From Cyclobacteriaceae bacterium (GTDB lineage: Bacteria; Bacteroidota; Bacteroidia; Cytophagales; Cyclobacteriaceae): a stretch of DNA of 64,000 nucleotides. The notes under the pieces were generated by a model. The model saw only the letters and a list, made by a program, of their open reading frames with translations. It ran no database searches and was not told the origin of the DNA. The stretch spans positions 12,750-76,749 of the forward strand of contig DAXETV010000046.1 of the NCBI GenBank assembly GCA_051155775.1, given 5' to 3'. The position numbers were made by a program, and so were the translations under genes. Position 1 is the first letter of the stretch. Every line of letters starts with the position of its first letter. Of this stretch, positions 59,080 to 64,000 are shown one piece after another.

Positions 59080-60221
59080 TCCACTATCTTATCCAATAAA
59101 TAAAGGTATAATGCCAGAAAGAAGACGTTGATATGAATGCCAAACCAAAAGAAAGTAATGGTTGATAGGGTACACAACAGTATTAGGTAGCTCATTAAGC
59201 CTATGAGCTGTTTCAGAAATGGATATCTATGCAGGTATTGGCTTATAATTTTTTCAATAACATCTTGAGGATAGAAAACAATCCAGGATAAAAAGAAATA
59301 GCCAATGAAAAGATAGCCCCAAAAAAGAATATCAACATATACATGCTGATTCTGAAGGTTTACTAGAGCGTTAATTAAAATGACGGGCCCACTGGTAATT
59401 TCGAATATTGTTTCATGCATATCCCGGTCAAAGAAATCACCTACCACTACAATTTTATTATTGACAAATTCAACGACATCCTCTTCAGGCAAATAGAGCA
59501 GTTCTCCAAGATTGATTGGATTAAACCCCTTTTCCTGATTCGATATATCTTTTTGAAGGATATTGAACTCCAGAATGAAATGATTTAAAGTGGTCCATTT
59601 GTCGAATCTGACGAATGGGCCTGCTTTGCCTGCTTTATCATTACATATATTTTCGTGGACGATCAGCGGTGTTAGCTTTAAGGAGTCATAATATAACTGA
59701 TATTTGTAAACCCCATCAAAAATACTTCCGGTCAAATAATCGGACAGTCCGGTTTGTACATTAGTGAAAATGATTTCTTGAGGCGTGTTATCTTCATTAA
59801 GATGTGAGGAAAGAATAATATCGTTACGCTTTGATAGTTGCTGTCCCAACAAGCTATCAAATGATGTTTTACCTAAAAAATTTATATCACAGATGATAAA
59901 CCTGGTCTCTACATCATTTCGATTTAAAATCTCAAAAAATCTTGCCAGCTTCTCTCTGTCGGTAATGGTCTGGTTGCCAATAGGAAAGCCATAGCTATCC
60001 ACCTTATCTATCAGGGCCAGGTCATTAGAGACATTGATTAATGCGAAATTTTTAGATGGAGGAATTTCTCTGAAGGGTAACTTCAACCAGGAAGTAATCC
60101 ATATCATCATTTTTTCATCCCCGGCCAACCAGGGTAAACTCATCAACCAGAAGGTAAGCAGAAAAAGTACACCAGTGTTTACAAGGGAACCTACCCAGAT
60201 AAAAAGTTTACTTCTTTTCAT
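59046..60221 (-). CDS. CHASE2-like membrane sensor protein without output domain
   Basis: N-terminal TM. Extracytoplasmic domain with FALINVSNDLALID...YGFPIGNQTITDREKLARFFEIL...FIICDINF (CHASE2-like D-x-D and WPxxR-equivalent pattern). Three to four C-terminal TM helices, then the protein ends. Confidence 0.5.
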   Translation of the reverse strand: MKRSKLFIWVGSLVNTGVLFLLTFWLMSLPWLAGDEKMMIWITSWLKLPFREIPPSKNFALINVSNDLALIDKVDSYGFPIGNQTITDREKLARFFEILNRNDVETRFIICDINFLGKTSFDSLLGQQLSKRNDIILSSHLNEDNTPQEIIFTNVQTGLSDYLTGSIFDGVYKYQLYYDSLKLTPLIVHENICNDKAGKAGPFVRFDKWTTLNHFILEFNILQKDISNQEKGFNPINLGELLYLPEEDVVEFVNNKIVVVGDFFDRDMHETIFEITSGPVILINALVNLQNQHVYVDILFWGYLFIGYFFLSWIVFYPQDVIEKIISQYLHRYPFLKQLIGLMSYLILLCTLSTITFFWFGIHINVFFLALYLYLLDKIVDYLLTLNFLIK

Positions 60222-61002
60222 TGGATAATTGAGCTAGTGCCAACTCTATACCCATCAACTGACAGCGATCATACAATTCATCCAAGAACATATAAATATC
60301 TTCTGCTTTATTGGTTTTTGTGATGGAAACAATTTCTTTTAAAAAATTGAGTTCTATGTATTTAAAATTTATTGGGCATAAAAAAGTAGATTTTTGATCG
60401 AGCGAATTGTAATAAAAAAGGCGGTATTCCTCAGGTGTTTGAGGGTTAATGGGTAGGCCATCAATAGATAATAATTCATTTTTTATTATTATAAGTGTGT
60501 CTTTATTGTAAGAAAGCTTTTTATTAACCAACTCATCCATATAACGATATTGGATATAAAAGAAATTTTTTTCATTCATTGGATAAGCGGCGCTTGACAC
60601 ATTAATTGTAAGCCTATCACCGACAAAGGCAAATTCATTCCCGAAAAATTTTTTAAAGTCCAGGTCATTATTGATTCCTCCGGAACGGGTACTCATCCTT
60701 CCACGCATAGGCTTTATTATTGATTTTAATGCATATTCAAGGTCGTTTGAGTTGCTATTTTCTTGCTCAGGTTTTAATATAAATCTTCCTTTATCAGGAT
60801 CTAAAACTGCAGCTATTGATTTTGGGTCTCCAAATTTCAGTATTTCATCTGATGATATTTTTTGGCCTCTGGTTAAGGTTTTGTTATTCGAAGCCAGCTT
60901 GACAATTCCCTTTACATGGATGACAACATATTCCTGGGCTGATATTTGACTGGAGAATAATAAGGCCTGAAATAATAAGAGACATTTTAACGGTATTTTC
61001 AT
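60208..61002 (-). CDS. secreted hypothetical protein (weak FecR-like N-terminal beta segment)
   Basis: Signal peptide LLLFQALLFSSQISAQ. VVIHVKGIVKL...LTRGQKISSDEILKFGDPKSIAAVL resembles FecR-domain starts. Overlaps the downstream CHASE2-like gene by 14 nt. Confidence 0.4.
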   Translation of the reverse strand: MKIPLKCLLLFQALLFSSQISAQEYVVIHVKGIVKLASNNKTLTRGQKISSDEILKFGDPKSIAAVLDPDKGRFILKPEQENSNSNDLEYALKSIIKPMRGRMSTRSGGINNDLDFKKFFGNEFAFVGDRLTINVSSAAYPMNEKNFFYIQYRYMDELVNKKLSYNKDTLIIIKNELLSIDGLPINPQTPEEYRLFYYNSLDQKSTFLCPINFKYIELNFLKEIVSITKTNKAEDIYMFLDELYDRCQLMGIELALAQLSNEKK

Positions 61003-61004
61003 GA

Positions 61005-64000
61005 TTAATAGATTGTAAAATCCCTTTTTAAGTTTTCTTCCCTTGAGGTGGGTACTTGCTTGCCATCTGATAATCTTACTACCTGTTCTGTGACATATTG
61101 TTGAATCTCTGTGATGGAGTATTTTCTATCCCGGTTAAGGTCCGCTCTACGGGTCTCTATCCCCTGTAAAATGCATGAAGTAAACAATCCATTAGAGGAA
61201 TTGACACCTTCAAGTGCGAATTCAGTTGCACCGGCAGCAGAGATAACTGTAGCACCGGTTCCTTTTTTTAAATCACCAAATAATGTTTTTGATAGCTCGA
61301 GCGTGTTTTCTAATCCAAAACTGTTTTCTTTCATTTTCACCAGCTTACCGGTAGATCTGAAAGCCACAGCTCCGGTTTGCTGAACTTCGTTATTAGCATC
61401 TTCTATCTCGTCCTCATCTAATTCACCGGAATGGCAGGTATCCATAAAGAGTGCCTTATTTCGACTTTTTATTCCATCAAGAATCTCTTGTAAATCCTCA
61501 TAAGGGAGTCCTCTGCCTGCCGGATTAGAAAAATCCATTTCATGGGTCGCAAAGTAATAATTGTATTCATCATCTAACACACCATGACCAGCAATGAATA
61601 TCAAAACAACATCATCGATATTCGCTTCTGATAAGAACTTTTTAAGGTCTAATATATTTGCTTTGGTCGCTTTATCATTTATGAGTGCTTTATGGTATAC
61701 ATTTTCGAATGAGGACGAGTTTTTTAATGTATTGATCAGATCACTGGCGTCCTTTGAAGCGAATGTTAGATTATAATTGCTTTGTTTGTAATCGGAAACG
61801 CCGATTGTTACCAGGTATAAACATGGTTTGTAATATGCCCCCACATATTTTATCTCAAAGCTTTCGGGGATAGATTCGAGACCACTTTTGTTGATTGCTG
61901 AGATTTTAATTTCATTTATACCGGAAGACAACTGTAAATCGATGGTTTCGCTCCATGATTGTAACGATTCACTACCTATATCCATTCCTTTTGAGCCAAA
62001 TACCGGTACATCATTTACGTAAACATGTATTTTTTTTAGTTCCTGATGGTTTCCGTCAGCAGCTATTGGTAATCTAAAATTTTGAGATTTGGTTACATAA
62101 GGAATTTTTTCATAATTAATTTTTACAGTAGGTAAATTGTAAGAACCTTCCAAATTATCTTCTGTAAATCCTAATCGTTTGAGCCTCTTCTTGTAAGCAG
62201 ACCTGTAAGAAGAAACCAGTTTGTCAGAAGCATAGCCCAGCCTTTCTGCCACAATATCCGGTCGGTTAAATTTTAATTCAACTTGTTGAAGGGGCAGTAT
62301 ATTACCATCATCTTTAAAAGCAATAGCCATGCTGGCATTTTTCGAAGAGGTGTAATAATAATCTGGCGTATAGGTGATGTAGTCCGAATTATTGATTAAA
62401 CACATACTTGCAACTTTCTTCTTTTGAGTGATATCATATAGGGTTATCTCACCTTGCCTATTGGTTGTGATCAGGTATTTCCCATCTTTACTGAAACATG
62501 CATCAGTTATTAAACCTATCTGATTGTCTTTTATGACCGCTCTATCTCCTTTGATTAATCTTAAAGAATATCCATCCCATGATACATGATAATCTTTATA
62601 ATCATACTTATCTTCTAAAGACACTTTAGTTTCTCCTTTTACCTTTTTTGATTTACCTGTTTTTCTATCATATAGCCTTACATCATCGTCACTTTTCAGC
62701 ATAGACATGCCTATTCCAGCATCGTCAGTGGATTTATATTTAGCGTAGATTTCGTTGGGGTTGCCAGAAAATTTCACCCAGGTAAATTCCTTATTCTTCT
62801 CTAGTATTGATTTTAGTAATCTGCCGTTTTTGAAATTCCATACTTTAAAAAAGCTGGTGCCGGGAGATGTTGTTGCTATATACTTCCCATTGTTGCTTAT
62901 GTCAATCTGATTTATATTTGGTGATCTGTCAAATTCCCTAACCAGTCTACCTGTAGTAATATCCCACATGGTCATGTTTTTTCTTTCAGAACCCACAAGA
63001 ATATGTTTTCCATCGGGCATGGCATCTACAGACAGCGCGGGCCTTACAAATCCCTCGAGTTTCCTGAATATTCTACCAGTCTCCATGTCCCAAAGCTTAA
63101 TTGAATGTTGGTCATCAGATGAGGCAGCAGTCTTATAATCCGGTGACATAGCTATTGAGTTTAGCCAGGCAACGCTTCCACCTTTGAATTCTTTAACCAA
63201 TGGTGGTTCATAGCCCTGGACCTCTTTCAACTTGCCATCAGGGAATTCAGCTTTTTCCATATCATATACATTGATGGAGTATTTTTTATTAAGTATGATT
63301 TTGGTTTGATCATCATTAAATACTGCCCGCGCATTAGAATAAGCGATCATCCATCTTTTTGGCTTTTTAGGATTTACAAACTTTTTGCCATCCGGGGAGA
63401 TGTCGACTAAGGAGACTGTTGAGTTGCCTGTTTCTTCTTCTTTGTCCTTGGCTGCAGCCATAGGCATGTACATATTTTGGGAGATTAAGACGGTTTTTCC
63501 ATCTTTCATAAACGCTATGTTACTGTAGTCAATGATGAAGAAATCAAGCATGTCCTTTCCGATGTTACCTTTTGCAATATTTGTAGCGATGGAAAAGCCA
63601 CTAAGCACACCATAAATGTAAGCCTTGGTCAGGCCTGAATTTTTATAATAGTTTAAAATATCATCAGTTTTTTTTCCATTTTCCAGATCCACGATAATCA
63701 ATTCAACATCATTTGTTTTTTGTCCTCCTACCACTGCTGTTTGTTGATTGGGATGAATGCTTATGGCTCTGATTTCTGAAGTAGCTGCTTCAATAGATTT
63801 TTCGGGTTTACCGGTGTTTATGTCCCATTTTTTTATTATTTTATCTTTGCCTCCTGATAGAAAAAAGAGATTGTTTTCATAAACTTCAATTGTATTAACT
63901 GCGCCTTCGTGGCCTTCGATGAAGTGAATGGGCTCATCTTTATTGTTCACATCCCAAACTATGATTTTTCCATCGGCATCCCCTGTAATAATTTTATTGC
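61005..64000 (-). CDS. WD40-repeat protein with C-terminal caspase (peptidase C14) domain (5' partial, continues right of window)
   Basis: Frame is open through 63951-64000 (...NKIITGDADGKIIVWDV...). Several GH...WD-type repeats (GHEGAVNTI...KKWD, SIKLWD, MTMWD, FKVWN). C-terminal caspase fold with His in FIAGHG (codon 61584-61586) and Cys in DTCHSG (codon 61434-61436). Confidence 0.8.
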   Translation of the reverse strand, partial: NKIITGDADGKIIVWDVNNKDEPIHFIEGHEGAVNTIEVYENNLFFLSGGKDKIIKKWDINTGKPEKSIEAATSEIRAISIHPNQQTAVVGGQKTNDVELIIVDLENGKKTDDILNYYKNSGLTKAYIYGVLSGFSIATNIAKGNIGKDMLDFFIIDYSNIAFMKDGKTVLISQNMYMPMAAAKDKEEETGNSTVSLVDISPDGKKFVNPKKPKRWMIAYSNARAVFNDDQTKIILNKKYSINVYDMEKAEFPDGKLKEVQGYEPPLVKEFKGGSVAWLNSIAMSPDYKTAASSDDQHSIKLWDMETGRIFRKLEGFVRPALSVDAMPDGKHILVGSERKNMTMWDITTGRLVREFDRSPNINQIDISNNGKYIATTSPGTSFFKVWNFKNGRLLKSILEKNKEFTWVKFSGNPNEIYAKYKSTDDAGIGMSMLKSDDDVRLYDRKTGKSKKVKGETKVSLEDKYDYKDYHVSWDGYSLRLIKGDRAVIKDNQIGLITDACFSKDGKYLITTNRQGEITLYDITQKKKVASMCLINNSDYITYTPDYYYTSSKNASMAIAFKDDGNILPLQQVELKFNRPDIVAERLGYASDKLVSSYRSAYKKRLKRLGFTEDNLEGSYNLPTVKINYEKIPYVTKSQNFRLPIAADGNHQELKKIHVYVNDVPVFGSKGMDIGSESLQSWSETIDLQLSSGINEIKISAINKSGLESIPESFEIKYVGAYYKPCLYLVTIGVSDYKQSNYNLTFASKDASDLINTLKNSSSFENVYHKALINDKATKANILDLKKFLSEANIDDVVLIFIAGHGVLDDEYNYYFATHEMDFSNPAGRGLPYEDLQEILDGIKSRNKALFMDTCHSGELDEDEIEDANNEVQQTGAVAFRSTGKLVKMKENSFGLENTLELSKTLFGDLKKGTGATVISAAGATEFALEGVNSSNGLFTSCILQGIETRRADLNRDRKYSITEIQQYVTEQVVRLSDGKQVPTSREENLKRDFTIY

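Noticed and set aside
63948-63950. GTG at 63950 as the start of the WD40-caspase gene
   Set aside because: The same frame stays open through 63951-64000 and encodes a continuing WD40 blade (NKIITGDADGKIIVWDV). The gene is therefore 5'-truncated by the window edge.
1-64000. CRISPR arrays, rRNA genes, IS elements, prophage genes
   Set aside because: I saw no regularly spaced direct repeats, no rRNA-like conserved blocks, and no transposase, integrase or phage structural ORFs anywhere in the window.

Overview
AT-rich chromosomal segment that looks like Bacteroidota: a 288-aa RpoD-type sigma A, TAnnTTTG -7 boxes in front of the tRNAs and rpsO, a TonB-dependent receptor, long-form IspG and BshB1. 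Nt 1-53,200 are tightly packed core genes on both strands: an ABC-F fragment, ispG, Mla-like ABC pair, proC, a large PIG-L deacetylase with a Na+/solute symporter, an MsbA-like exporter, lepB behind PadR and an M23 peptidase, ndh, an LptF/G permease, rpsO-pnp, rpoD, trxB, bshB1, miaE, leuS, tRNA-Met(CAT) and tRNA-Thr(TGT). I saw no rRNA, CRISPR array, transposase or integrase. The accessory part is the last ~11 kb. (1) Nt 53,241-59,079 hold a split-B lasso-peptide (RiPP) cluster: PqqD/B1, HPr-kinase-like kinase, sulfotransferase, B2 protease, Asn-synthetase-like cyclase and a divergent nucleotidyltransferase. I also translated a 53-codon precursor ORF that is missing from the ORF track; it overlaps the 3' end of the cyclase gene. 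It has an aromatic-xxPx(I/L) leader motif, a Thr-Glu/Ser junction and a C-terminal Ser. (2) Nt 59,046 to the window edge hold a translationally coupled operon: a WD40-repeat protein with a C-terminal caspase (C14) domain, a secreted protein, and a CHASE2-like membrane sensor with no output domain. Smaller oddities: a T10 tract that separates a TonB-receptor ORF from a better signal-peptide start, a ~70% G+C structured island in an intergenic gap, a 42-codon ORF coupled to the symporter, 45-nt acidic tandem repeats, an S9-peptidase/FGE-like fusion, and a duplicated tRNA-Thr 3' flank.
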